DNA of 64,000 bases, taken from positions 128,001 to 192,000 of the forward strand of contig CAWAKC010000001.1 of NCBI GenBank assembly GCA_963782525.1, given 5' to 3'. Numbering within the stretch: position 1 is the first letter of the stretch; each line of letters opens with the position of its first letter. The notes under the pieces were generated by a model. That model was not told where the DNA came from. It saw nothing but the letters and a program-made list of their open reading frames with translations, and did no database searches. The DNA comes from Candidatus Bathyarchaeota archaeon. GTDB taxonomy: Archaea; Thermoproteota; Bathyarchaeia; Bathyarchaeales; Bathycorpusculaceae. The translations under genes were made by a program, and so were the position numbers. Shown here in pieces: positions 1-11,624 of this stretch.

Positions 1-106
1 CTGTAACAAATATGTGGATTTTCTCCGGTTAACCGAAATATAGTTTGAGTATAAAGCAAATTATTTGTTTAAATGACAAGCAAAATAATATATTTATATG
101 TTATAT

Positions 107-917
107 TTACTTTTTCCGTAAATATACAAATGCAACCCTGAACCTCAATAGATACATAGCAACAGCATAAATTGGATGCGTAACCAGTTTCTTCCAGTTT
201 CCGTTCTCAACAAAAACGCCTAAAAGCCTGTACCGCATGCCCGTTTGCTTAGTACTTCTAAATCGTTTGCTCCCCATTTATGTACATAAGTCTGAATCCC
301 GTCGGTATAGTAGCCTTTTTTCTTCAATAACGGTTCATTTTGAATTTGCCTTCATTATGGAAAAGACTGGCGCTGCAGACAGCGGTTTTCCCGATGGCTC
401 TTATTTTTCTGTCAAAATCCCAGTCTTCAGGGCCAATAAGTGACTCGTCAAAGCCGCCTACTTTGATAAAGGCGTCTCTTATGATGAAACGAACCGCGTC
501 AATAACGGTACCTGTGTAGAAGCTTCGTTCGAAATCTCTTACTTTAATCCAGAAGCCTTCGCCGACAATGCGTTCCGGCACATAAACCGCGACTACATCA
601 GAGGAATCTAGGAGCTTAACGCATTCCTCTATTAAACGGTCGCTAATGATCATGTCAGCGTCTAAATAAAGCACGTATTTTCCAAGAGCCATCTGCACAC
701 CATAGTTTCTCTGTGCAGACCGCTCGTTTCCCTTCAAATAGACTTTTGCGCCCAAACTCTTCGCGATATCGAGGGTAGAGTCAGTTGAATAATTATCGAC
801 CAGCAGTACCTCAACTTTCTTGTAGGTTTGGTTTTTCACTGACGAAATGCAGTTTGCTATGTTGGCTTCTTCGTTTTTTGTTGTAATAACAACGGAGACT
901 AAGGCACTGCTTTGCAT
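107..917 (-). CDS. GT2 family glycosyltransferase (frameshifted near 324 and ~260)
   Basis: VSVVITTKNEE, LLVDNYSTD, YLDAD and GGFDESL..ED motifs; the C-terminus continues in other frames (KKKGYYTDG...LRKK*) to TAA at 107-109. Confidence 0.8.
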
Positions 918-939
918 ATTATCCTCGAATTGAAATGGT

Positions 940-2409
940 TTATTTTGTTTTTTCGAAATCCCTAACATGCCCCAAAACTTTTGTGGCACCCTTAACAGAG
1001 TATTTTACGTCTCGCCAGCTACGGATACGGGTAAGTTGCCTTAGCATATACTTAGGAGTTAAGAACACGTGGTATATTTCGTCGCATAACTGCATCACTT
1101 CTTCAGCGGTCATATCTGGTGTAGTCATAACTGGTTCTTTCATATCAAACCGTTCATAATCAGTGGGATCAAAGCGGAACCAGCCGTTCTTTACTGCTTC
1201 AGCATACAATTTGCTGCCGGGGTAGGGAATAACAACTGTTGACTGAAGAGTTATTGCCCAGCCTTTTTGCATCAAAGTTTTTGCTACATTGAGAGTTTTT
1301 TCAGCTTCTGCCCGGGTTTCCCATGGGTAACCAACCATAATTGTTATATGTGGTTCAAGCCCTTCCTCGCGGGGCACTCGGCATTCACTCATGATGCCGT
1401 CTATTGTGGTTCCTTTGTTGAGTCTATCAAGCGTGCTTGACTTCCAGACTCAATACCGAACAGCAGCATCCTAAAACCCGCTTTCTTCATTAAACGGTAT
1501 TCTTCACGCTTTAAAGCGCCAAAACGCATGTTACAGCTAAACTGAATCGTTTTGTTGTAGCCACGCTCGATCATCAGGTTAGCAAACTTTCTGAGCCATT
1601 CGCCTGCTGGGAAACAACCTGTATCGTCAAACACTGATTTAACGCCATATCGGTTGATCAACACACCTATCTCGTCTGCTAAACGCTCTGGTTTCATTGC
1701 CCGGAAGGTGGGGTAAAGTGTTGGCCAAGAGCAGAATGTGCAGCCGCCGTCTTTTCTCCACCAGCAGTCGCGTCCTGCCATAGTGTAGGCGCCTGGGGTA
1801 ACTTTGAAGTTGCCGTTTCGGGTGTTGTATAGGTTCCATTTACTTAATGTTCTGTTTATGAAAGGTAAATCGTTTAGATCGTGATTTAATTTGAATTGCC
1901 CAGTGTTTTTTACTAACCGTTTTCTCGATACCAAATCCCCGGCTCAGGGTCGCTTTGTTTGCCGTTCAAGTAGTTGACTAAGTTAAGTAACAGAAAATCG
2001 TAGTCGCCGCCTGTTAAGATATAGTCGACTTTGCTTTGCTCCATGGATTCCAGCGGCAAAGCAGTAACGTGATCGCCAACCAGAACCACCTTTGATCTGG
2101 AAGAAGTTTCTTTACCTCATTTATGATTGCCCAGTGTTTTTTCACTACTGGGGTTTTTGTTTCAACCATAATAACATCAGGAGATGCATGCTGCAAATCA
2201 GTTAGCCATTGGTTATAAGGTTTTTCTTCAGCTATGCCATCGTCCCAGATAACTTCGTAGCCGGCGTCATTAAGTAAGGTGGCAGCATAGGCTGGAACAA
2301 CTGGGTAAATGTAGGTTGGTGACTTGAAATATTGGAATTGTCTGTTTTGGCGAGAAGCGGAACGCCTTTGTCTGAAATGTATAGGTGGATAGGAAATGCT
2401 GATTTTCAT
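940..2409 (-). CDS. B12-binding radical SAM protein (split into 3 ORFs by frameshifts)
   Basis: N-terminal B12-binding-like domain (2014..2409); CWWRKDGGCTFC cluster motif and FDD/GIESGSQ (1401..1934); MVGYPWET and VIPYPGS (940..1392). Confidence 0.8.
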
Positions 2410-2419
2410 CGTTTTAGCT

Positions 2420-3392
2420 CACGCTTTGATAATCCGATTAGGAAGAATGAGCCATAGACTAAATGGGTTACTATTATGCCAAACCAAACAAGAACAGTAT
2501 AGTTTGGCGCTTTTCACTTGCATTAGCGGCAGCAACCAAGCCTGAGAGACAAAATAAACCAAAACCCCAGCAGATAAACGTAGATAAAAAAGGGGTAAAT
2601 AACAGAGAGGACTATTCCGACTAATAGCCCCAGAACCAGCAGTGAAGGGAAGAAATAGGTTACTTTGACTGAATTTTCAGGGAACTTTTTAGCAAAAAAT
2701 CCTCTGTGTTCTCCAAACCGGGAAACCTGTTTTAAGATGAGGCTTAAACAGTGAGCGTCTGTGATGATAAACGACAACTTCTGAGGATTCAATTAGTTTT
2801 TTGCCGATTTTTTTAATTGCCAAGCACATGAGTGTATCTTCGCCTGGCCAGTATTTTTCGTTCCACCCGCCGGCATTTACTATCACGGATTTTGGAGCTA
2901 TAAAATTGCAGGAGTGTATGTCGTCAGATTCGAAGCAGCTTTTCATTTTATACCTTGTGGATAAGGTTCCGACCATGAAAGAAGAAAGAACATAACCGCC
3001 AGCTTTTTGTAATTAACCATCTGCCAGTGGCGTTAATCCAGGCCCGCCAACACCGCCAACTGTGTGTCTTTAAGAAGCTTTAAAGCGTTAGTCAACCAGT
3101 CACTTCTTGGATAAGCATCGTTATCGATGAAAGCGCAGATATTCACCGTTTGAGTTTTTTACACCAATGTTGCGTTTGACTCCGGGAGAAACTGGGCCAG
3201 TAGCAATTACTTTGACCCATCGATAGTTTCAGTCGAAGAATCGGGTAAGAAGAAAATCTCAAAAATTGGTAATCCAGCTGTTTACAACCGTTGATAGATT
3301 CTAGTGTGTATGCGTCGACTTCTTTGCAAGGAATAATGATGGATACCAGCGGTTTCGATCGATTTCAAGTCACGAAAAATAAATGAAAACAT
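2420..3392 (-). CDS. GT2 glycosyltransferase with C-terminal TM segments (multiple frameshifts; ends approximate)
   Basis: Fragments KPLVSIIIPCKE, CAFIDNDAYP, HSCNF, GGWNEKYWPGED, VVYHHRR and YFFPSLLVLG across frames. Confidence 0.7.
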
Positions 3393-4137
3393 GCTTTGAA
3401 AACCGTTTCTTCGTGAGATAGGTCGCTGATACCAGTGAAGTGATCCTGAAGCCTGATAAGCTATCCCAAGTAAATCAATAAACATATGCCACATTTCTTT
3501 TGGTTTAAATTTGGCGTCTAATTTAATATTTACCGGCATCTCCACAACTTTTAAGCCGTAAAGATTCGCGACAGCCAGTAACTCAACATCAAAAGCATAT
3601 CGTTTAACAGCTAATCTTGGAAAAATATCGATAAACGCACTTTTCCTCATCGCTTTAAGCCCAGACTGAGTATCTTTAAGCGGCACTCCTGTAAGAAGGC
3701 GAACAAACAATTGAAGCACTAACTAAAGATTCTTCTCGAATAGGAACTTCCACATGTGAGTCGCATGTTTCTTGGAAGCAATAACGATGTCACTGTATTT
3801 TAATGCCTCAATGTAGTCTGATATTGTTCTAAATCGATTTCCATATCACTATCGGCAAAAAAAACAATGTTGCCAAGGGCTTTCATGAAACCAGTTTTTA
3901 CAGCATAGCCTTTTCCCACATTTTTACTGTAACTTAAAACTTTAACATGCCCATTTTTTCCTGCATAACTCTTTGCTTTTGCAAAAGTTTTATCTGCACT
4001 TCCATCATCAACAACTACGATCTCATATGCCAAGTTTTTACCCATAACTACATTATCGATGATTATCCAAGTGTATCCTCAATGAATTCTTCTTCATTAA
4101 AGGCTGGAACAACAATCGATAATTCCACTTGACTCAT
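3282..4137 (-). CDS. Dolichol-phosphate glycosyltransferase (DPM1/Alg5-like GT2), frameshifted
   Basis: MSQVELSIVVPAFNEE start at 4137; VVDDGSAD, NVGKGYAVK, FADSD, DTQSGLK and YAFDVELL motifs. Confidence 0.8.
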
Positions 4138-4363
4138 TAAACCCCCTCAGCCTCAATGGCTTTTCTTCCAAATTTCAAAAAGCAAACAAGCTGCAAGAAA
4201 ACCCCAACGACCAAAGCATAAAACGCGTAAACGGCAATGAAATCAGCTAAATAAGATAAGCCCGCGGACAAAAAAATAGCGGTGCAAACTAAAAAAATCA
4301 TAAACACACTACAAATGGCGAGCCCCAGTTTTCACGAACAGAATCTTTGATGGTTACAATCAT
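4137..4363 (-). CDS. Small two-TM membrane protein (frameshifted, not in ORF track)
   Basis: MIVTIKDSVRENWGSPF...AVYAFYALVVGVFLQLVCF...EAEGV*; stop overlaps the next ATG (TAATG). Confidence 0.5.
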
Positions 4364-5003
4364 GTTGATAGAGCTTTGCTCATAGTAGATGCACGATATT
4401 CTTTTTACTATAATGGAATTGTTAAGGATTTAACAGTTACGAATTTAATGGGGTAGATTCAGGTTAATAATCTTGAAACGGTAGAAATATTTCGTTCTCA
4501 ATTTTGAATCTTCACCTTAAATATTCTGGAATTATTAAAGAACATTATAGCCAGAAAGATAGCAAACGGAGAATCAAATGCCCAAGTGACAGCAGAAGTA
4601 TTTCCTATCTTCTGAGCTGAAGAACTGATTTTTTGAGCCAGAGGTAAACCTATTTCTCGCAACCCTATTAAAAAGCTACCTTGATCTGCATTTTCCAACT
4701 TCCTCGTAAGCATGAGTATACTTTTTGCTAACCGGGCACTTCGAAAACTACAACCTTATCGTTAAATTAAATAGCACTCTAACGATTCTATGAAGTACTT
4801 TAAACCATACGCCAGAACGTAGGGCTTTTGTTTTTAGTGCCATCAACTGTTTTTTATTTAGGAAGCGGAAACCATTGGGATCAAGGGCAGCGCTAAACAT
4901 CATTAATTTTCCTTATGAAATGGTTTTTTATATGTTGAATCAATCAGGTCAGTATTTATAAATTGTGTAAAACGAAACGGATAATACATCATATTTTGAA
5001 GAG

Positions 5004-6517
5004 CTAATAAGTTGCGTTATAGGAGTAAATTGCAATTTTCCCACTGCTATAAACTTCATGAAAAGATGAAGGAAGAGTTGGTTCACCATACCATCCCTGC
5101 CCGTTTATCCACCATATAAGGTAAATCTGTGATCCGTCATGCGAAGCTTCAATTGCAGACTGTTCAGGGTCATCAAACCCATAGCTCTTAACTTGTGACT
5201 CATTCAGGTTAAGCAAAGCCCAACTGTAAAATACAGTATGTGTAAGCAAGAGTGAACTGCCATTAGCAGTATTTTTGAACCAACTTAGGACGTTGGCTGT
5301 ATCTTGGCAATCACTTTGGAGATCGTGTTTTGTAGCATTGAAGTCGGCATTTGGTATTCGTAACTGTTTAAGTAATTGGGGTTAAAGTACAAAAACGGTT
5401 TTTGGGGAGTTGTTATAACGTATCCGACACTGAGAATAGCGGTTGAAAGAGCAAGGTATAATACGACAATCTTGCGCACGGCAAACTTGTAGCGTTTCCA
5501 TTTAATTGACTTTAGCCTGCTTAATGTTTCAGTTGCAAAGAAAGCAAGTGGGTAGGTGAGCATTAACACCCAACGATAGGGGCTGATAGAAGCGATTGGC
5601 ACCAACACAAGAATTAAGCTCATGAGAAGCCAAGCCTTGAGTTGAAGATTTCGCAGTCGCCTCAGATTTATCAGCGCTAAGGGCAGGATAAGTATGAAGC
5701 AATAAAGGAAAAAACCTCCTGTGTCTAACAACATTGTTTGATAGGAAGCAAAGCCTGTCCAATTAGCCAAAGGCGACACGCCGCTTGTTGAGGTATTAAA
5801 AATGCCTGAATGCAGTACATCACTCGAATAAGCAGTGAAAAAATAAATGATTGCAGGAAAAGAAATAAGTGATAAGAAAATCGAACCTGCAAAATTTCTA
5901 TGGAACAAGTTATAGGCAATTGTACAGATGATTACCCCAAACATAAGTACCGAAACAAGCTGATGAGACAACGCTACCACGACCATCACCAAAGAAAGAA
6001 GGACATAGTTTTTCCATGAACGATCCTTCCGGTTAATAAGAAGCGTTAAAACAACAAAAAAGAAGATTAAGCCAAGTTCTTCGCGAAGTTGATCCCAAGA
6101 GGCCCTTAAAGCCACAAAATATACAGTTCCCAAAATAGCAACGAATGTACTTTTGGAAGGCGACCAGCTTAGTCCTTTTTTTGCATAACTATATATTGAT
6201 AAGCTTAAGAAACCAAGAAGCAACGGCGGAATTATCTTAAGAACAAAAACTATGGGACCACCTGCTGCAACAATCGTCATAAGAATAACGTAAAACAGCG
6301 GCGCCGTTGCAAGCAGACTGCCTATGTTTACCCCGTTATGAAGCCATAGCAGGGTATTGGGAACATAGAAGCCCATAGTATCGAACCCAATGATGAAAGG
6401 GCCCATTAAAATCTCAGGTATAGCCCTAATTGCCAAAGGAATGATAAAAGCTAAGAGTGGAAAAACATTCCGATTTTGGGTAATCCAAGTTTTTGTATGA
6501 CTAGGAACTTTAACCAC
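5004..6517 (-). CDS. Polytopic membrane protein, GT-C-like glycosyltransferase candidate (frameshift near 5285-5310)
   Basis: ~11 hydrophobic segments with GFDT in the first loop; ORF 5004..5249 is the apparent C-terminus; lies in a glycosylation cluster. Confidence 0.55.
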
Positions 6518-6645
6518 TTTTTCCTTCCAACACTGGAGACCAAATTTATTAATTTATTAAACGTGGATCGCCAGCCTAAATCCCTTGTGCTAGTTCGAAA
6601 TTGAAAAAGATTTACTGTTCATTGGCAGATCTTAACACCAGCTCA

Positions 6646-8049
6646 TCACTGGCTATTGTTCAGAGCATAATGGGCTGCGCCTAAAATCATGCCGTTTGTA
6701 TTACTGTCTATCGATAAAACTAAATTTGCGCTGTAGGGATCCACATTATAATCGGCTCCAGCGTAGTACCCGCTTGTTGAATCTGGGAGAATTTTCTCAA
6801 GGTAAATAGCCATGTTTCGAGCAAAGGTTGTGTTGTAGAGAGCCAAGAAACTCACGGATACTTTGGTGAAAATAATCGGGTTCATCGTTGAATAGGTGGT
6901 TTCGCCGTTGTTTATTATTTTCCAGGTATCACCATTGGGCAACACTACCCATTCATATACGAAACCTGTCATGGTATTTCCTTCACTAAAAGCAACATAT
7001 TGTCCTGTGGCATTGTATCTTGCTTCGTGTGCTAGGTAAACTTGTTTAGCTAAAGCCAAAAATTGCGGGCTATTATTAAGTTCGAAAACTGAACTGAGTA
7101 GTGGCTCGCATGAAATTGAAGTTTTAGGCAAAGTGATACCCTCTGGTGTAGTGACATTGCCATCGTTAAGCATGTTAGCTAGAATTTGGTTAGGTAGAGC
7201 TGCGAGTTGAGGGAAAAAGCTTGCAAAACCGCTCATGTAGTAATAACCATAGACACTATCGTCGTTGCTTTCAGATGTTATGAGACTTGGAATCAGCGCA
7301 GCATAATTTGATCTTCCAGAAATAGTTATGTTGTTTATTCGCGACGCTAAGCTATTGTTGAAAGTTTTAAGATTGTTTAAAGCAACAAAAAGTCTTCCAG
7401 TATCCACTACATCAATATTGCTTGTCGCTAAATCTGATGAAGCGTGATAATCTTTTCCATCTGAAGCCTGGTAGAACCAATAGGGATAACTCGCATTGTT
7501 AAGTTCACGGGTTTCTAAAAACGTAAGAACCTTGTTTATTCTGGCGTTCGACCCCCAATCACCATCATAACCAATTAAACCTGTCCTATTTGCATCGATA
7601 ATTGCTTGAATATAAACGCCCAGATCCCAATCGGTAAAATATGGAAATCCCAAGCTTGCTTTAGGAAGCCCAGTTTTAGCATCTACACCGGTGTTTGGTT
7701 GATAGTATTGCCAAGCGTTTGTCGCCACTGTTTTCCATACTGTAGCAGTGAGGTTTTGGTTTGATTCTATAAGACCTGGCGGTTTAGTACCAATAATGGG
7801 GTCCGTTACACTTGTAACAATGTTTCTGAAGATTGTATTAATGTCAGGTGTTTTAGTCGGATTAGTTGTTGAAGTGTGATTTGTAGTTTGTTGACTCGGA
7901 TCAGGAGTGGCAGTAGGGTCGTTAACTACTGGCTGAACAATAATTGGTTTACTTTGAGTTCCAACTGATAACCAAGCAAAAACAGAAACCATCATTACCA
8001 CAATAAGTGAAATGGCCAAAACAGAATTTACTTTCATCCCTATTTTCAA
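6646..8049 (-). CDS. DUF3131-family membrane-anchored extracellular protein (glucan hydrolase/transglycosylase-like)
   Basis: N-terminal TM, Thr/Pro linker, then AWQYY..TGLP..TDWDLGVYIQA, DTGRLFVAL, AHEARY..TG, AFSEG and NTNGMIL motifs. Confidence 0.7.
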   Translation of the reverse strand: MKIGMKVNSVLAISLIVVMMVSVFAWLSVGTQSKPIIVQPVVNDPTATPDPSQQTTNHTSTTNPTKTPDINTIFRNIVTSVTDPIIGTKPPGLIESNQNLTATVWKTVATNAWQYYQPNTGVDAKTGLPKASLGFPYFTDWDLGVYIQAIIDANRTGLIGYDGDWGSNARINKVLTFLETRELNNASYPYWFYQASDGKDYHASSDLATSNIDVVDTGRLFVALNNLKTFNNSLASRINNITISGRSNYAALIPSLITSESNDDSVYGYYYMSGFASFFPQLAALPNQILANMLNDGNVTTPEGITLPKTSISCEPLLSSVFELNNSPQFLALAKQVYLAHEARYNATGQYVAFSEGNTMTGFVYEWVVLPNGDTWKIINNGETTYSTMNPIIFTKVSVSFLALYNTTFARNMAIYLEKILPDSTSGYYAGADYNVDPYSANLVLSIDSNTNGMILGAAHYALNNSQ

Positions 8050-8389
8050 CGGATTTATTCTAAAAATCTTTCTTTTACCAATGTTACTTGAAGAATTCAG
8101 GGAAAAAGCACGCTTAAGGGCATTAAGTTGATGGAAGCGCTTCCGTTTAGTTAATGGTAACTGTATAACGAAATGCCTCCTTAAACGATTTGTTAAACGT
8201 ATTTCCCTGCACGATTAGCCAACAGCCCCTTCAGTAAGAGACACTGTTAGTTTTTAACGTGTTTGCATATTTTAAAATTATGGTAATAAAGTGCTAAATA
8301 AACATGATGAATCATTTCGCAAGCACATATTTACATCAACGTTTGATAAAATAGCTTGTTTTGTTATCATCTTAAAAGTAACACTTCAA

Positions 8390-9649
8390 TCATCCGAAAA
8401 GAATGCCGTTTTTAACGGCGCCATCAGAGGCAATAGAGCCTTTTTTAACTGTTTTTGTCCAATCTCTTTTCCGCCTAAACAAAAGTTTTAGAAATGCCCA
8501 GCCTGCAATGAACATTTGCGTAAGCCAATAAATGTAAATGAAGGGTATCCACAGAATATTTTGGGGTTTTATCGGTTTTTCAGAGGCTGCTAAAGCTACG
8601 CCTATCGAAACTAGCGAAACAGCAGTTAAAGCTATTACAAGCCCAGTAAAGTTGATGATTGGGTTGCTTTGCGACAGGAATAAGGCAACGAAGAACCAGT
8701 TAATGTAGCTCAGCAGGGACACAACCATCATGAACGGTCCCGCCATGGAGATTTCTGCGTCAATTGTTCTTTTGTTTAGGTTGTCGAGGAGACGTCCGTA
8801 TTTGATGGCTGTTTCCATGTAGCCCCTGTACCATCGAACCCGTTGCTTAAACAGTGGGCGCATGGTGCTGGGGGTTTCTTGGCCTGAGCAAACATCAGGG
8901 GCATATTTGATAAGATGTTTTTTTTCGACCATTCGCAATGCAAATTCTACATCTTCAGTCAACGAATTCTCGTCCCAGCCGCCTAACTCTTCGACCACAC
9001 TGCGTCTGACAAATTGACAACTCCCAGTTAGGGGAACGAACAGTTGAAGATGCTCTCTTCCAGTAAGTAATGCTTGGAACCAAGCTTTTTCTTCCATCGC
9101 AATGACTCGTGTGAGGGCGTTTGTTTTTTCGTTAATTGAAGTTGTTCGGCCTTGCACCGCCATGACTTTGTTATCATTGAAATAAGAGACAACTTTTGAT
9201 AGAACATCTTTTTCAGGAAAACTATCTGCGTCAAAAACTCCCACTATATCGCCCGTCACAAATGGTAATGCGAGGTTAAGAGCTGCGGGTTTGCCTTTCA
9301 CTGATTTCTCGGAAATAACTTTGACGTTTTCAGGATATTTCTCGGAAAACTCTGAACATATTTTGAGTGTATTATCCGCGGATTTTCCGTCTACCACTAT
9401 TATTTGCATTTTTTCTTTTGGGTAATCAATATTTATGATGCCGTCTAAGCATCTTTGAATTACAGTTTCCTCATTTTTAGTTGGCACTATAATTGAAAAT
9501 TTTGGAAAATCAGCAATTTTAGTGTCCAAAGACGTTGACAGTTGTTTGCGTTTACTTCTTATTCCAAGGAAGATTATCGATCCATTGTAAACTGTCCAAA
9601 AAAGAAGTACCGCAAGAAGAATTATGGAGATGATATCGGTAACTATCAT
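8390..9649 (-). CDS. Processive GT2 polysaccharide synthase (cellulose synthase/IcaA-like)
   Basis: D,D,D,QxxRW signature: VVDG, GKPAALN, VFDAD, LTEDVE, QRVRW; N- and C-terminal TMs. Confidence 0.85.
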   Translation of the reverse strand: MIVTDIISIILLAVLLFWTVYNGSIIFLGIRSKRKQLSTSLDTKIADFPKFSIIVPTKNEETVIQRCLDGIINIDYPKEKMQIIVVDGKSADNTLKICSEFSEKYPENVKVISEKSVKGKPAALNLALPFVTGDIVGVFDADSFPEKDVLSKVVSYFNDNKVMAVQGRTTSINEKTNALTRVIAMEEKAWFQALLTGREHLQLFVPLTGSCQFVRRSVVEELGGWDENSLTEDVEFALRMVEKKHLIKYAPDVCSGQETPSTMRPLFKQRVRWYRGYMETAIKYGRLLDNLNKRTIDAEISMAGPFMMVVSLLSYINWFFVALFLSQSNPIINFTGLVIALTAVSLVSIGVALAASEKPIKPQNILWIPFIYIYWLTQMFIAGWAFLKLLFRRKRDWTKTVKKGSIASDGAVKNGILFG

Positions 9650-10078
9650 TTGTATCCAGCCTTTTTCAAGTATTCACTGGATAAAACTGCGGCAAGCGAA
9701 CGGATTGCAGGACTTAAATTTGATTGTTTGATCTTTTTAATATTATTGGCAACCTTAAATCTAACCAATTGAGCAGAGCTATGGAAGATAAATCTATTTT
9801 TCATTACAGTCTCACATATGATCTTTAAACCTTTTAAGTTTTGTTTTTCTTATAGGGTTTTAGTGAATGCTTTTTGTTTCCATTGTTTAGAATATGAGTA
9901 ATAAAAAAGTATCTGAATAAACCCTAATCTATTAACTCTGAAATGAAGCAAACGTAAATTTGCCCGTTTAACCTCAAAAGTTGAGGTTTATCTTTGGCTT
10001 TCATGGTCTCTATCCATCAAAGAGCTCGGTTGCAATAATACTTAAAAGGAGCATATCCATTTTTTATTGTAGAATCTT

Positions 10079-11008
10079 ATGCGCAGATTTTTGTTGTTTC
10101 TTTGGATTACAAGTCTTGTTTTTGCGGCGTGTCTTGTAAGCGGCAGCGAAAGTCAGACACAAAGCCCAAAAAACGAATACGCTATAGCACTTCAAGGGTT
10201 TGTGTGGGACCATTCAACTTTAAACGCTCTCGTTGTTACGGCAGATAATGAGTCTTGGTGGAACCCGTCTTACCTTAGTTCCGCAACTCGTGCGGTTGGA
10301 CAGTGGAATGATGCGATCGCTGCTTTTGTGTCAAACTACTCCGACTATTCTTACTTGTCCAACCTGAGGATTCAAACAACAGTTTCGAACGTTTCGTTAC
10401 CAGATTTTGATATCTACATCAATTGGACTGATTCTTCGTTGAGCAACATGACTGACGAGATTGGTTTATCACAAATTTTTCCCAACCCTGAAAGTGTTAT
10501 AATTAATTCAACGATTATTCTGGGGACTCACGCCAATCACGATGCACCTTTGAATGAAGTAGACATGCAGCATATTGCTCTTCACGAGTTGGGTCATAGT
10601 TTAGGCTTGGGACACAGCAACTACACCGGTGATTTGATGTATGCTATTTACAGTTTAGGTAGTCCACCTCCACTTATTTCAACTTTAGATGTTTATGGGG
10701 TTGCCACTCTTTTTGCTTGGGAAACAAATTCAACGAACTTTTACCCTATCAATGACTGGTTAAATGTAAACTCTGTAACTTTGCCATCAGACACGGTTGA
10801 TTACCGATTTTTGCCAGTGTCAGCTGAAAACGCCACTCCCCAAACCCTCGCAGACAACCCTACAGTCCAGTTTTTAATTATTATGTTTGAAACTCTGATT
10901 CATCCCGAAATCGCAGCAGTCATCTTGGCGATAATATTCCTTATGTTGATTGTCGGGTTATATTCTAGAAAGAAAAAAGTAAAACAAAACGTTACAGTTG
11001 ACTCATAA
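10079..11008 (+). CDS. Matrixin-family (M10) zinc metalloprotease, secreted with C-terminal membrane anchor
   Basis: Signal peptide, HELGHSLGLGH, Met-turn DLMY, C-terminal TM followed by a basic tail. Confidence 0.85.
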   Translation: MRRFLLFLWITSLVFAACLVSGSESQTQSPKNEYAIALQGFVWDHSTLNALVVTADNESWWNPSYLSSATRAVGQWNDAIAAFVSNYSDYSYLSNLRIQTTVSNVSLPDFDIYINWTDSSLSNMTDEIGLSQIFPNPESVIINSTIILGTHANHDAPLNEVDMQHIALHELGHSLGLGHSNYTGDLMYAIYSLGSPPPLISTLDVYGVATLFAWETNSTNFYPINDWLNVNSVTLPSDTVDYRFLPVSAENATPQTLADNPTVQFLIIMFETLIHPEIAAVILAIIFLMLIVGLYSRKKKVKQNVTVDS

Positions 11009-11624
11009 ACTCAACGAAGTCCTTGAGACTTCGAGGTTGAAGAGTATAGTTGGATTTTTTTTCTTCGCCAATCGTCGATGATGGCTTTACGCCGTAGTCA
11101 TGTCCTGGATAAACTTCGATATCATCGTTTAGTTTTAGGATTTTGTTAAATAGACTATCATACATGCTTTTGGAGTTGCCGCCTGGAAAATCGGTTCTGC
11201 CGCATTCCCCGACAAACAATGTGTCTCCCGTCAAAAGTTTCTGGTTATCAACGAGCAGGCAGATACTGTCAGTGGTGTGACCAGGAGTGTAGATAATTTT
11301 TAGGTTGATTTTTCCAACTTGTAATGTATCGCCTTCGTCAACGGAGATGTCATGAAGTGCCTTGGATTGTTTATGTGCAACTATTTTTGATCCAAAAATC
11401 GAAGCTAATTCTGAGTTGCCTGCTGTATGGTCAGAGTGCCCGTGGGTGTTTATAACGTATTTTAGGTGGAGCTTCTGGGTTTTTACGATTTTCATTATTT
11501 CGTCAGCATTATAACTCGAATCAACGACCGCTGCTTGCTTGGTTTCTTCATATGCTATAATGTACGAGAAGTTGTCGCTATGCGTCTGAATTTGTTTAAA
11601 AAACATTTTTTCTACCTGCCTCAT
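10992..11624 (-). CDS. MBL-fold hydrolase (glyoxalase II/ETHE1-like)
   Basis: THGHSDH, TPGHT, LTGDTLF, YPGHDY. Confidence 0.9.
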   Translation of the reverse strand: MRQVEKMFFKQIQTHSDNFSYIIAYEETKQAAVVDSSYNADEIMKIVKTQKLHLKYVINTHGHSDHTAGNSELASIFGSKIVAHKQSKALHDISVDEGDTLQVGKINLKIIYTPGHTTDSICLLVDNQKLLTGDTLFVGECGRTDFPGGNSKSMYDSLFNKILKLNDDIEVYPGHDYGVKPSSTIGEEKKSNYTLQPRSLKDFVEFMSQL

